A stretch of DNA of 59,281 nt, filler included, from Sluysia triapertura (taxonomy: Eukaryota): assembly GCA_046118255.1 (NCBI GenBank). It is 5 parts of 5 records of this genome, joined end to end, with 100 filler letters (N's around TTAATTAATTAA, not from the genome) between each part and the next. Parts side by side here need not be neighbours in the genome. Positions count along the whole stretch, not along the records: positions 26,176 to 36,984 come from JBJNIA010193183.1; positions 37,085 to 47,935 come from JBJNIA010192661.1; 3 more parts are not named here. The stretch is one strand, 5' to 3'. The notes beneath the pieces were generated by a model, which saw only the letters and a list, made by a program, of their open reading frames with translations, was not told the origin of the DNA and searched no databases. This document shows positions 27,050 to 41,099 of this stretch, piece after piece (the stretch's first letter is position 1; every line of letters begins with the position of its first letter). A program made the translations under genes and the position numbers.

Positions 27050-28200
27050 AATTTTAGTGTATACGATTAATAGGTTTTAGAGCCCATTCTGGTTAGATAT
27101 ACAGAATAAATGGAGTCAATTTCAAAATTCTTTATATTCTTGAAGACTTGTGCTGGTGCCTTTTAGAGTGACTTCTTTAGCCTTATTATATTCAGTAGTC
27201 TAAATAATAGGGAATACTATTTTGATCTCAAAAATATCCATTCAATATATTTTGCCTTATATTCAATACATATTCGACCTTAGATTTGCCTATTATATTT
27301 GACGTATCCAATAATTCGTCTTTATTCATTTCATTTAATAAAATATCTAAATTAACATTAGTATTATTAACTATTAGTATCACGAGCCATAATTTCATTC
27401 TTAAATTACTGACAATATTTTTCTAATTCATCATATTTTAATTGAAATGTAAAACAGTTTTTCCTAGATAACTTCGTCTCTATAAGTACACTACTACTTT
27501 CCTAGTAGAATTGTAATCAAATCGTCAACTTTAATGGAATTTGTAAAATTGACGTAATTAAGTTTTTGGCAATATTACAAAATCTTACAATAGTACTTCG
27601 TTTCAAATTATCTACAGTAATACCATAAAAATTATTGTTTTAAACTTGTAAAATTTTTCTGGAATTTTGTTATTGCTTGACCAATCTTATTTGAATTATA
27701 ATGAATATATTCTTGATTCAATATAGCTTTTCTACGAGTAATACAAATAGTTGCTGCTAATTTTATATGCGTTTTTTGATGTGCCAATGCAGACTATAAT
27801 TAAATTTAGGTTCATTAATAAATAGTAATTTTTTAACTTTAGAATTTGGTGGGCATATAGATTCAGAAGCCAAAGATAAGTCATCTAACCTATCATGTCA
27901 AGTAAACTTCGAATGTAGAGACTATTTTACTCTTTACAGTATTTGTATTTGACAATTTACAATTAATTTATTTATATCACAAATCCATTCGAAGCCATTA
28001 TGCGTTAAGCGCAACCATGTTAAATTATTAATACCTATGTACAATAAACTAGTATTATTATCAGCTGTTGTTGACACATGACATTCAACCTCGTACAACA
28101 TTTTCGAAAATAAACATATCAGAATCAGATCTAACCAGTAAGTCATAACTTTTGATTTAAATACTAAATCTCATCTTAAACTATGTGATGACAAAAAGTT
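27050..28200 (-). mobile_element. hAT (Tip100/ZMYM-like) transposase remnant
   Basis: In order: YWLDLILICLF, THNGFEWI (cf. GFxNWK), YIHYNSNKIGQAI, NNFYGITVD (cf. FYSIxxDE), LDTSNIIGKS (cf. LDxxNxRGQSYDG). Confidence 0.45.
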
Positions 28201-30199
28201 GACTGGATCTAAATGATCTTCACTTATTGACTATTTCCTAAATTCTTCAAAAATATCAGCTAATATATATGCCTAATTTTAAATAGACCATTATGTAATC
28301 AAATAAATTATCACAATTTAATTCTTGCACATTTTCTTATAACTTGTGGTGTCCTATTTTGTACAAACTTACATAAAATTCACTCATAATATTTCTTACA
28401 TTTCACTTCATCTCATATCACACAAACCACAAAACTAAAATTAAAATCATTAACTTATGGACCACTATAACTGATCGTATCGGTATCATACATAATTTTG
28501 TCGATATAGCCTCCCTTATTCGCTTTAACATTACCACTAAGAACACTTCTGCAACTTCTTAACTACATCCTCATTTGTAAATTATGTATATTATTTATAG
28601 TTTTTTTCTTTATTCCTTTTCTTTGGGAATTAATTGTGTAAATAATTATTTATCAACACAATCTGCGAGATGTAAAGTTAGTTTCTCTTAGAAAAACTAA
28701 AATAACTCATTATAATGTTTATTATTGTAAGAAAGATTTTCCTCTTGATAGCTAAAGAAAGTATTACTTTAGGTGTTGTGGAAATAGTATGCAGAGATCA
28801 ATATTTTGTTAGGAATGACATGTACCTATCTTCAGAAAAACTAAGAAGTACTCGTTTGCCTGATGGAAATTAAATAGAAAATAATAGATTTCGTTGTCAA
28901 TAAAGAGTTTGCCGATATTTGGTAAAATTGTATGTTGATGAAAATACGAGAATTGTATATCAATCTAAAAGTGTTATAATGTGTATGTTTTCACAAATAA
29001 GTCATAAAATTGCGACATTTGATCATTTTGGTTACAAACATTTTGATAAATTGTGGTTAATTTTAATTGGTGAAAAATTTCATAAATGCAATGAACCTGA
29101 CGTTGTTATAATATCACTGTGGGCTTATTCAGTTGAATTTGCTTTAAAACATCAAGTGAAAATGTAAAAGAATCATTAAAGAAATATATAGCTGGCAGAT
29201 ATCAATATTTTACAATGTTTCTCTTCAAAATCAGCATTATATGTATTCAGAATGGACGAAAATTTTAAAACGATTGTACATGAATTATGAAGAATATATT
29301 GAAGAGTGAATCAAAAGATCATAATGCAAAATTTATCAGCTAAGTTGGATGGCCTCCTTGTTCATCAATAATAGCAGCAAAAAATTCATGAAACTCTAAA
29401 GAAATGTGATGAAATGAATAGTGATTAATTTAGCGAAATGTTTCATTAATTATTAAACTACTTGGTAAAAATTGAAAATTTAATTGAAAATTTTTTAATA
29501 ATTTAGTATAAGCAAATAAGGCTTGAAATTTTTATGAAATTCCCAGTTTCATAATTCATTCAGTGCATATTTTAATGTACGATGTATGTCACATACAGGT
29601 AAAGTCGGACGAATTTTCTACTTAAATTACATTTATTACACGATATTTAATACAAGTATTTGCCATTAAAATGCTCATGATCTTTAAGAAGTTTAGTTGA
29701 TGGTTTTTTTACAAACAACATGATTTTACATTTAAATTCATTTATTTTTTGATCTTGGTAATAAGGTATAACTTTATTTAGTAAAATTATTTTTGATTCC
29801 TGACACCTATTTGGTAAGTTTATATTGTGCTCTTGATACCAATTTTGGAAGAATGGTTCGACGGCCGTATAACGATTTGGTGGTGTTCTTTTATAATAAA
29901 TTAATAGAGTTATGTTAGGGTCCTTACATCTGTTTGATAAGAGTTTGTTACTTGATATAAATTATAATACCGAAATTTGATAAGGTTAACATTAACAAGC
30001 TTATCATTGAGTGGTTGTGAGTACATAAGTTCGTAATTCATAAGATTCTTTTTTAGCTCGTGGAGATTTCTTTTAAAATTAAAATTATTTCTTAATATAT
30101 CATCGATGGAACATTTATAAGACACACAAAAACAAATTTTTATTAATTTGTACCACGAGTAAAAAAACAATAAATAACTTTCAAAGTTTTGTGTAATAC

Positions 30200-33100
30200 T
30201 AAATTTAAATTTATTATTTTTTCGGTTGCAACCTGCTGTACTTCAGTAGGCCTCGCACTGGAACCATGATCTAAAAAAATTAGAATATTGAAATAAAAAA
30301 TTGGACAAGATAAATAAATATTTATTATGAATGTCGTTTCACCGTAGAAATCATTGTCACAATTCTGTTAAAATGCATAAATTTCTTGTATTCTTGCTTC
30401 TACACGATCTTCCTATCGTTTTCCTTAAATTTCTCAACATATTTTAAATTGAATTGAAATAGAAAAATAATAAAATTAAATGCAATAAATTTAAAATGTG
30501 TTTGGAACTAAAGTTTCTGAGTAGAAATTGCTTTGAATGAATTGATAACTATAGTTAACGTTTAAAGATATGATAATTGATTTAAGTCGTGAAATGAAAT
30601 AGAGAATGTTAGAATGAGTTCTTAGATGGTGATTAAAGTTCATAATTGAAAACGACATTTAAGTATTGGAAGATCGTGAATAAAAGACCTATTGAGAAGA
30701 TTATAATTTGGTAAATGTAAAAAGGCAACTACAATACAACTCTTGGTATATTTAAAATATTATTGTGCAATGTTTTGTGTGATTTGTTTATTTGATGTTT
30801 TTGAATGGTACTGGTGAATTTAAGATGTTGTAATTAATTCGAAGGTGTAAAGTAGGTAATTTACATGTTTCAGATAAATTTGTTGGTGTAAGTTAATGGT
30901 ATTACGAGCTTGTGAATATGGCTTAGATTAAGGAAATGAACTATTTTGTAAATGTGTAAATATTGAGGTGTTGAAGATTTAATTAGTTTTTCTTTTTTTA
31001 AATTTTAAGAGTTATGAAGGTTGTTCACTTCACTTTATTGTGAACAAGTTCCTCAATCTTATTTAAAAAATAACTACACATTTATCGCCTGCAAAATTAT
31101 AGTATTCCGTTTTTGGGCCTACTAATAATAAATCTACAGCTACTGATTCATATCTTTGTTGATATTGTTCGTCTGGTAGTAATACAGAATCAAAATCTAC
31201 ATAAATAACATATAACTGGATACTAATTTACTGTGATCAGTAAATTCGCAGTTTACCTATTCTATCCCCTTCATGATTTTTACTTAATAGGATTGTCAAA
31301 TGAGGTATCATTTATCTATCATTTCGTTAGGTAAACCTTCTCCTTTTACATTTTGATCACTTAAATTGTAACTTAAAATTTGGTGTTTATTACTTAAATC
31401 AATTTCTCAATTTATATTTTTGGAATCAAAGGCCTCTTTTTAAACTTATTCACTATTAAATTACTTTTACATTTGCATTTCCATCTTCTTTGACACTAAT
31501 TCTATCTTCATTCGTCATTTGTAAATCTAAAAAGAAATAATTTAATAAAAATAACATTTACTTTTTTATATCGTATTTTCATTTTCGGCCTTGCATTACA
31601 TTTACAAATAATCTAGAAATGTTTAATAAAATAATAAAAATTACTTTTGTATAATTTTGATTGCTGAAATATGTTCTTCTTCGATGAATTTCCAAAAATC
31701 AAAGTGTGCTCCATATGTTTACTTGCATCGTCTTATTCTTCTCTTACTTCGCGCCAAATAATAATCATATTAATAATAAAAACTTATTTTTGGTCATAAA
31801 AAATAAATGCGGCTGAAAATTTTATACATATTTTAGGCTGTTTTCAATAAATTAGTAATAAATAAAAACTTACTTGTGATAAATAATGTGTTATACCTTG
31901 TTTGTTGAATGCGCTTAAATAAAAATTAGTAAACAATTACCTTTACTTATACCAATTTAACTTATAGTAATGGCAAGACAATCGTTGCAATTATATATAG
32001 TATAGTACTTCAGTTTCTATTTTATGCTTAACATTTTCATGTTTATGCATAAATAAAGTACGAATAATAGCAAAAACATGTCTCTGAATATTAATAATAC
32101 GTGATACATTTTGCAAATCAATATCATTAATACATTCAATAATACATTTTCGCTCGAAACTTTCGAAAATCACAGAACGTTGAGAACGAAAATAGTCTTC
32201 ATTGTGATTACTGCCATAGTTAATCACAATAAAAAAATAGTTAATTATACTTAAATAAAAATATACATTTTGGTATTTTACTTTTGTATTTGTATTTCTT
32301 TGTCTTTGTATTTCTTTTTTCTATCTATATTTTTCTCGTTTTCTTGAATTTCGTTTATCTTCTTGTGCTGCTGTTCTTGTGCTACTAGTTTTCTTATTTT
32401 TGGCTTTTTAGGTAATGACTTTCATGATACCGATATTTTCTTACGCGATGCAGTTTTTATATTTTTAAAATAATTTCTCACTAGTGGTGATGACAGATTT
32501 AAGCTTAATTAACCGAAGTTTGCTACTGTTATAATTTCTTCATCCTTTATATTTCTTGTAGTACAAAAATTACCAATGTATACATTGTCCTCCCTTCATT
32601 CAAGTATTATTTGGGTGTAACTTCTTAATGGTGATGAACTTAAAGATATGGTAATATAAGAAAATGAACTTTTAGGTATTGATTTTGCTAATGGATTATG
32701 TGAAATTAAAGTATGTGCGAACGTTTCATAATTATGCCAACTTGTTGATTTATTTTTATAACTTTTGTATTTTATAACTTTTATGAAGACATGCACTCAC
32801 ATTATTAAAATATATGTATGGTCCTGCTTTTGTGTCACTTTAAAACGTGTGTGGTTCTAAATTCTTATTATGGCCATAATCTGGAAATACTTTATTATTA
32901 TTAATAATTATGTTTGGTTCTTTAGTCATACTAAGTAATATTAAAATTTAGTTCCTGTAATGTTTACATTTTTCGTCCTAAACGTTTTTTTACTCTTTAT
33001 ATGTTTTTGTATAATGAATGCAAGTATCATTAGTACAAATGAGGTGATAATTTAAAATCACCTTACAGGACGAATACAAAACCATGCAAAGTAACAAATA

Positions 33101-34000
33101 TTTTCAACATCAATATAAAACAAAATAAATTAAATTAAATGCAAAACTATTTATTTCTTTCGGACAATATTTGGGACCTTCTGTCGTAATTGTAAACGGT
33201 GCAAAATAAAATAAATTAATATATTATAATTAATAAAAATTTACATTGATTAAGACTCTTTGGTAAGTCTGTAATCGACTCATCAGGTGTGATGACTTCT
33301 ACTAGGTCGATATTTACTTTTTCGGACTCAAATTCTCCGATAATATACCGGTCCTCAGAGTTGCTTTGTAGACTTTCCATTTTGGCTGCATTTCGAAAAG
33401 ATACTTGTTACTTACCGTGAGCTGTACAAGGTCTATTTGATAAGATTTTACTTGAATGGATTTGATAAAAAGTAATGTAATAATTTTTTAAATGCATTAA
33501 TTTATATATTAAAAATGAAATGCCAAATCATTTTAAATTTTTTACCAACTCAGGAATTGCAAGATTTTAATTCTAAGCACATCAACTTTACCATTAGCAA
33601 AATACTGACTCACAAAGGATTGTATATAAAATAATGTAATGCAGGAAAAGTTTCAAGTTACTAAGCTTAGTTGACAGCTTATACAAATTAATTGATTCGT
33701 CCATTTTGAATGTGACTGTGAATGATTTATGCAATCAATTTGGATATGAAATATCTTCTATTAGTTTCTTATACTCCATAATTTATCATTTGCAAAAATA
33801 ACCAATGAATAATCTTTTAATTTGCACACATACTGTTTTGGCTTCCATTGATTAAAGTTTAAGTGACTAATATCATCCAAAAGGTAATATTTTTAATTAA
33901 TACTTGACACAAAGATGACAAAATGATTTCTTTGTACCTATTTATATACGCATAAATTTTCTATCCGAATATATTAAGAAAAAATTGACTAAACTCTTTG
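30200..34000 (-). pseudogene. Multi-exon gene(s) with micro-introns; IQ-motif-like segments; apparently disrupted
   Basis: GT-AG introns 33386-33415, 31914-31940, 31838-31873, 31613-31644, 31527-31561; peptides EEEHISAIKIIQK and SRIINIQRHV; naive splicing meets stops; outer limits approximate. Confidence 0.4.
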
Positions 34001-36877
34001 TTCTACTTGTGTGTACATATGTGGAGTAGAAAACTTTTTGTTCACGCATACACTGTGTAAAAGTATGAGGCATGTTAACTCCTGCATCATTTTCGTATGC
34101 AATCTCTCATATTCAGGCTGATAAAGCAATACCAATTTTACCAAAATCGCCTGATGTGACGAAATTGCCTGGAATACCAATTGGCTGCCGTACCAAAATT
34201 GGACAGTGCACCAAAATCTTCATTTAATGCCAAACGAAAATTTTCGACTTATACAAATATATTTGATACAAAATTAGATAATCTAATCAATTCACTTATG
34301 AAAGATGAAACTCCAGTATACAAAAAACTAGAATGTCTAATTCATATTAAATGAATTTTCTAAAAGAAAGCATAAACAATGTGAAATATTCAACCAATCA
34401 ATACGATCTAAAAAGACGAACCAACTAATTAATACCAATATAACACAATGAATTTTCAAATTACGCTCACGCGAGTAAACCAATACATCAGAGAGACTCC
34501 ATCCTTATACTAAAATCTTTAGCCTTCGACCTTTTCTTTTTTACTCAAAGTGATTTCTTCGTGTTTTATAAATTATATTTTAAGATCAAAGTTATGTCAT
34601 ACAAAATACATCCTTTAATATTTCTCCGAATATAAAATATTACAATTAAAATATTATATTATTAAAATGAAATATAAACGCGATTACTAAACATAAATGA
34701 AAGTAAACTATTTTACGTACTTCAAACTCTCGACATTTTTTATTTTTGTCACTTGAAACAGAAAGTTAACAATAAACACAATTTATCTCATTTTTTCCAC
34801 TTAATCGCAATCTAATTTTTGTAATAATTAACTCAGTGGTTCTAACATCTTCTAGATTTGTTGGTAGAATTGTAAATAAAAAATTATAATTTTATTGTTA
34901 AAAATACAACAATTCTTGCACGCTTTATGCTTCTAGTGGTCGATGGTTTTCTCTTTTATTAAAAAATGTATTCGTTATTTTTAATAATATACTTTATTAA
35001 GTTCGTATGAATAAAAAATAAGAAATGTAAAAATATATAAAGTAGAATAAAGTAAGATTTTAACGTGACTAAAATATTAAGCTTACCATTTAGGGCTAGC
35101 CGTTGGATTTTTCTATAATGGAAAGGATTTTTACTAAGAACGCTCTAAAGTCAAGGTCTGTACATTAGTCTTTCAAATTAAGAACAATCTAATCTAGATC
35201 TGGAGTTGTTTTAATAAAATTAATGTTATCTAAAGAGTGTATAGTTTTACAAAGGTATTCTTGGCTTACTGTTAATTTTCAAATTTAGTAATTTCAATAT
35301 AGGTTATCTCTAATATTAGGTTTCTGAATAATTAAGGCAATTATTTAAAAATAGAAATAGTTTATAACGTATTTTACGAAGATCCTATAAAATTGATCTA
35401 TGAAAATGATTTTACGTGATTAGAGTTAAATTCTAATCGTTGAAATCGTTACTCTACTGAAGATTTTATATATTTAGCTATGAAATTTAACAATAAGAAT
35501 AATTACTTGAAAATTTATTAAATAATAGATACAATGATAGTTACAAAAGAAAGTATAATTAGATAACTAATTTACGAGGAATTAATTTAATTCCTGAAAC
35601 AACAATATTTTAATAAAGATTTTGCGTAAGATCTATCATAAGGTCTTTTAAAAATAATTATAAAATAAGTTTAAGTGTATTGTACGTAATTAATACAAGA
35701 AACTAACGTATTATTTGATTAAATTGAGATTTGCCAAGCAGGATTCAGGAAGCGAATAAAAATTTCGTTCTCTCAAAAAATTTTGAATTTGTAAAATTGT
35801 GTTTTTGAAAATTGAGTTAAAATTTTTTTGTGACAAACTTGACAAATCTTGCGACTATTTATAGTCGACTTAGCTGGCCTTGGTCAGATTAAAACAAATT
35901 ATTTTATTTAATTCATTTAAACAAAAGAAATTTAATTAATTTTAAAATTTACATAAAAAATAATTACCTGCGTTAGTTTATTTTTATTAATAATCCAAAA
36001 CAAATTAGATAAAAAAATCAATAAATTGTTATTCAGTAATAAAATAATTAAAATCAATAAATTGTTATTATTATTTAGTCACATATTGTTGTATGTAGTT
36101 TATAATAATCGTTTTAAAATTAATCGTATAACAATAAATGTTCACATAATAATAATGATAATAATATTTATATACACTTGATGTTCATTATCTATAAAAA
36201 TGTTATTAATAAATGTGCATAATGTCAAAGAGCAAATAAATTGTTGTATTTAGTTTGTACAAAATTCGATGAAATTCTGAATAACTCCATTTGACATTTA
36301 ATAGAAATATAATTAACCTTGAATTTTATAACTTAGTAATCTTCCTCGGTCGAACTTTTCTATTATAAGAAAGATAATCTGATAAATGAGAATACGATAT
36401 TAATTAACACTGGCAGTGATGTATTGTTTAAACTGAAAGTTTCATCGATGGTAGTGCTAGTAAGATGGAAATTCAATTTCATTAAAGCTTATATCTACTT
36501 TTCAAACTGCAAAACTTTCCAATATAGCAAGAAAACCTTTTCGGCGAGTTTTTCAATATAGTATCAATACAATTTTTTTGTATTATTGTGGTACACAATC
36601 ATTTATTTTGTGCCTTTGTTACTAAAGAATACAGTTCATCCTATTATAATGCATATAAATGACTAATATTCATTTCTTGTGTTTCAAAAACTTTAGCATG
36701 ATGTTCTATATCTTTACATATAGAATTATCAGATCTATCTTTATCAAGTGCTCATGATTTTGAGCCACAATTATATCTAAATTGTCTTTGCTTTAAAGAA
36801 CTGATATGTAAGACATAACTAATGATTCGAAACGATCCATTTATTGATTTTTCATTATAATCGTGTTTCATCTATAG

Positions 36878-36984
36878 CAGGGCTTCTTAAACTGTGGGTC
36901 GCGAGATTACTGAAAGGGAGTCGCAAAGATCTGATACTTTTCAATCATTATAAATAAAATTTTAAAATTAGTATACACACTACG
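36878..36984 (+). mobile_element. hAT Charlie/Buster (SPIN-like) element end, cut by the gap
   Basis: CAGGGCTTCTTAAACTGTGGGTCGCGA resembles CAGyGGTTCTCAACCTGTGGGTCGCGA termini; preceding 8-mer ATCTATAG fits the nnnTAnnn target. Confidence 0.7.
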
Positions 36985-37084
36985 NNNNNNNNNNNNNNNN
37001 NNNNNNNNNNNNNNNNNNNNNNNNNNNNTTAATTAATTAANNNNNNNNNNNNNNNNNNNNNNNNNNNNNNNNNNNNNNNNNNNN
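36985..37084. other. Artificial contig spacer
   Basis: N-TTAATTAATTAA-N, 100 nt. Confidence 0.97.
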
Positions 37085-37700
37085 GAACTTATAAATTATA
37101 AATTTTAATCAGTAAATTGAAGACCCTCAAAGGTTTCAATTTTAAATTCAATTATTTTTTCATTTTATAATCTGTATTTAATTTTGATAATATACATTCG
37201 TATTTTTTGTTATTTTTGTTGTATATTTCGGTTTAATAGACGTTACCATTAGTTAATAAGGTTTTTGAGATACTAAATTATACTACAAGCTACAGAGGCG
37301 CCAACTATTAGTTGTAAGACACTTTCTGTAGCCGGACCCTGCTCAATTTTATTTTGCCGTAGGTTTAATTCATAAGAAAACCACAGTATAGTGTTTTAAT
37401 CAATATAATACAATATTTTGTAAACTTTTTCAATACTTTGTATTTTAATATAAGCATTTGTGAGATTTCTGTTTCGTTGAGAATAATTATAAAAAATTAA
37501 TTAATTTCAGACCCTCAAATAATAGAGAACAGTTTTGTACCTCAGAACTATTATAAAACTGCATAAAAGTATCACTAACATTATATTAAAGGTACGATGA
37601 AAATTATTAACTCTGCGTTGTAAGTCGCTTACTGTAACTGGACCCTACTAAAAATACTTTGTTGTAGGTTAAGTGTTAAGAAAATCACAGCAGTTATAAT
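37085..37700. repeat. Diverged tandem duplication containing repeat C (third copy at ~47060-47145)
   Basis: agaccctcaaa at ~37121 and ~37509; gta.c.ggaccct.ct...ttg..gtaggtt...aagaaaa.cacag at ~37328, ~37634 and ~47084. Confidence 0.75.
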
Positions 37701-38151
37701 AATAAAGTATTAAATTATTGAATTGATAAAAACAAACGTATTATTTAAATTATTTTGGAAAACTATTTTAAAAACTTTCTTTAGTACTATTTTTATTTTC
37801 TGTAAAAATTAAAAATATTTCAAAATCCTAAAGTTAAAAGCAAGACAAAATCAAGAGAAATAATGTCTCAATATCAATATAATTTAATAAAATAATTACA
37901 TATTTTAATTGCGTAAAACCTATACAATATTAATTAAATTAACATGAATATTTAATCTATTGTGTAGATAGAGCATCATGCAATAATAATATTGAAATAA
38001 TGTATTAAATTAAACAATTATTTAATTATTTAATATATTAAACAAGTATTCCCTTAACTTCAAACTATATTTTAATCATGTAAAGAAAATATTCGAATTT
38101 TAAGTATTATTTAAGTGTTATTTTACTCTTATAACGGCAAAATATACTAAC

Positions 38152-39090
38152 CAATTGTTGTAATTACAGTAATAGAATATAACAGAGCACCACCGAAATT
38201 CCATAATAGTTTCTGATCACTACCTTTATAGACCTCTTTGTGCTTTTTATGTATCCAACCTTTTTGAGTTGCCATAAAAACATTCTGTATAAGTTCATCA
38301 ATTTCTTGATGAATAATTGAGGTCAAATTAGTAACAATTAATGGAGCATTCAGTAATCTCATTGATTTCAATTTATCAATTACTTGTTGAATAAACACAA
38401 TGTTACTTCTTACTATATTTAATGCTAAATATGATGCATTATTAACTTTGTAAAACTTTTTATTGATTTCTAACTCTTTTTCTAATTCCAAAGAATTGTT
38501 CTTAAGATGATCCAATAAAAAATATAAATAATTACATTCAACTGAATTTTTCTCAATAGATTTATTAGAAACATGTACTTCATCAAATGGCGATACAAAT
38601 TCTATAAATTTCAATAAAAATCGGTTTTCGGTTGATGTTAATGATATTTTATATTTATTGTAACTGTCATTTTCGTATTCACTTTCAAGATTTTGGAATA
38701 TCAATGCTCCGATTATAATATAAGAAATGACAAGTAAAGTTAAACCTAGATTTGAAAACATAATCCCACAAAACATTCTTAGTGAAGCCAAAAAATGAGC
38801 ACGACTTTTCCAAAATTTGAGTGTTTCTTCCGATGTAATTTTATGGGTCATTTCTTTATAATTTGATGTATTATTAATAAGTATACGACTCGAAATTGGC
38901 CAGTCATTACTACTACCATCATTTGTATCATTGGCACATTGTGGTAATTCAGACAAAATATACAGTGTTTCTTCTGTGTTACTGGTATCACCTAAGCCAG
39001 TCAAATTCACATCATTACATTCATCAATATATTCGATTTTGTCATTACTATGAATCATAATTGTCCAACAATTAGGATGATAATACAAAT
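38152..39090 (-). CDS. Two-pore-domain potassium channel (K2P/TWiK family), exon with N-terminus, M1, cap and first pore helix
   Basis: LGLTLLVISYIIIGALIFQNLES (M1) and WNFGGALLYSITVITTIG (P1); donor G|GTTAG splits the TIGYG filter; tttttaaag acceptor at 39091-39092; downstream exons not found in this contig. Confidence 0.92.
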
Positions 39091-39388
39091 CTTTAAAAAA
39101 ATAATTAGTTCTATAAATAACAATTTTTGAATCTAAATACTCATTCGATTTGCTTGTATTTTATTGTATTTTTTAATATATCCATTGGGAATGTAGATTT
39201 TATATTAATGGCTAATTCAAACAGTTGTACTCAATAACTATTATTACATGTTCATTTTTAAATAATTACTACAACTTTATTACTAAATTAGAGCTAGTGT
39301 TTTCAAAATTATTCCATTTTTGGATTATTTTGTCTCAACATTAATCAGCTGCAAAATATAATAAATTATTTAATTTATAAATCGATTC

Positions 39389-40117
39389 ACATCGTATAAA
39401 TGGAGTAGACCATTTAATAGATTGTAAATAGATTGTACAAATAAAATAATTAAATTGTTATTAGTGCATATCATTTAAAATATAATTTTAGAACTTTAAT
39501 GAAAAAAATATCTATCATTTTATTCATTTTGCAAGATAATTGTTAATCTGGAGAAATTCGTTTGGATTTTACTCAACGTGAATTCCTTACGATGTTAGGT
39601 TTACTCACTTGAGGCCTAATACGTAAGTGACGTATAAATTAGTTATTTGGAGGTTTTTTTATGTGAAACGTCAATAACCCATCAAAAGAATTAACGCAGT
39701 GGTGTCAGAAGCTTAGTTTCTGTCTTATTGCAATGACAGGTTGAAACTATGTAATTTACGTCAGATCTCTAAAGCGGAATCTGCAATAGTTAGATTTTAA
39801 TACTGCAATACCTAGATGTGAGATATTTTGGGGTAATTTTATGATTACGGTAAGAATAAATAATTCGTAAAATGAATAAGTACATCAATAAGTACAATAA
39901 TAATATTGATGTAATATTTATATGGAATTTGCAAAAATTATACTTTTAGTAATAATAGTCTTTAATTCAATTTAAGTGTAACTTGCATCAACCCTTTAAA
40001 CTGTTGAAGGAAAAATTATAAATGATTTTAAGTAGATTGACATCGTATAAATGGAGTAGACCATTTAATAGATTGTACAAATAAAATAATTAAATTGTTA
40101 TTAGTGCATATCATTTA
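39389..40117. repeat. 78-bp direct duplication (39389-39477, 40040-40117) flanking a 562-bp segment
   Basis: Copies identical except an 11-bp internal duplication in the first. Confidence 0.9.
39541..39711 (+). mobile_element. Short LTR-like unit (TGTTAA...TTAACGCA) followed by a tRNA-Leu PBS fragment
   Basis: TGGTGTCAGAAG at 39700-39711, one base after CA. Confidence 0.45.
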
Positions 40118-40948
40118 TTAATTGATATGCACTATTTATCAAATGGGTATCTCGAAAAGTAATTGCGAATTAAAAAATTTGTTTTGTTTGCACTCTTATT
40201 AATATTTCTATGCTGTCGTGGTTGTCTGGCGTAATACTGTTATGGTTGAGAATTTATGTGAATTTATGCATTTTGATATTGCTTATATACTAAAATTTAT
40301 GAAGGTCATATTTAGTTTATTATAACAAAATTATTTTAAAAATGAAATTAATTAAATAGTTTGTAAATAGTTCCGTTTATTTTAATTTAGGATTATATTT
40401 AAAATAAACTTTTTACATAAAATAGACTAATTATATTTAATACTAACATAAAATATAATAAAATTATTCCAATTATTATGATCAGTATAAAATTGTTCAA
40501 ATTATTCCAATAAATTAATATAAAATTATTCAATATAATGATTGTTTATTTACAATGTACAATGTTCAATGTTTGTTTGTTTATTTTAATGATGATTGAC
40601 AATTTATTTACTATTTCAATTTATTACCTCTTATCTTTTTAGGCAATTTTAGGTAAATTTATAAAGCAATGGGTTTTTTAATGAAATGCTGTTGCGGTAT
40701 TACAAATACAAATGTCATACCGCATAATTTATTTTTTAGTTATTTGTGTTGGGATTTTATGATTTTAACTTCGAAAGTTAAAATCTTCCTTAAAAAATAT
40801 ATAATTTACCAAAAATTGATCGAAGAATAATTGGAATTTGACAATTACTAAAATTCACAATTATCTTGAATCGCGTAGGTGAGATTGACAAACTTGTAAT
40901 TTCAAAATGGCAATGATAAAATGGCGAGTTTCATTGTATTGATGCTAG

Positions 40949-41020
40949 TTTATATACTAGTCATCATCCAATGAAAATCGATGGAATGTTTTAGAATAAT
41001 CTAGAACATTCTAGAAGCTT
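40949..41020 (-). promoter_or_regulatory. HSE-like array, CCAAT and TATA (LTR-type promoter), inverted relative of 46486-46557
   Basis: Minus strand TTCtaGAAtgTTCtaGATtaTTC...ATTGG...TATATAAA. Confidence 0.5.
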
Positions 41021-41099
41021 ATTATTAATTAATTAAACATTATTTGTTTATTGCTTCTATAATTTAATGCAACTAGTTCTAAATTTTAAGATAAAATTG

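Noticed and set aside
33989-34220. Downstream K2P exon (PIGIP resembles M2 IGIP)
   Set aside because: Different contig, no YG-pore or hydrophobic M2 context
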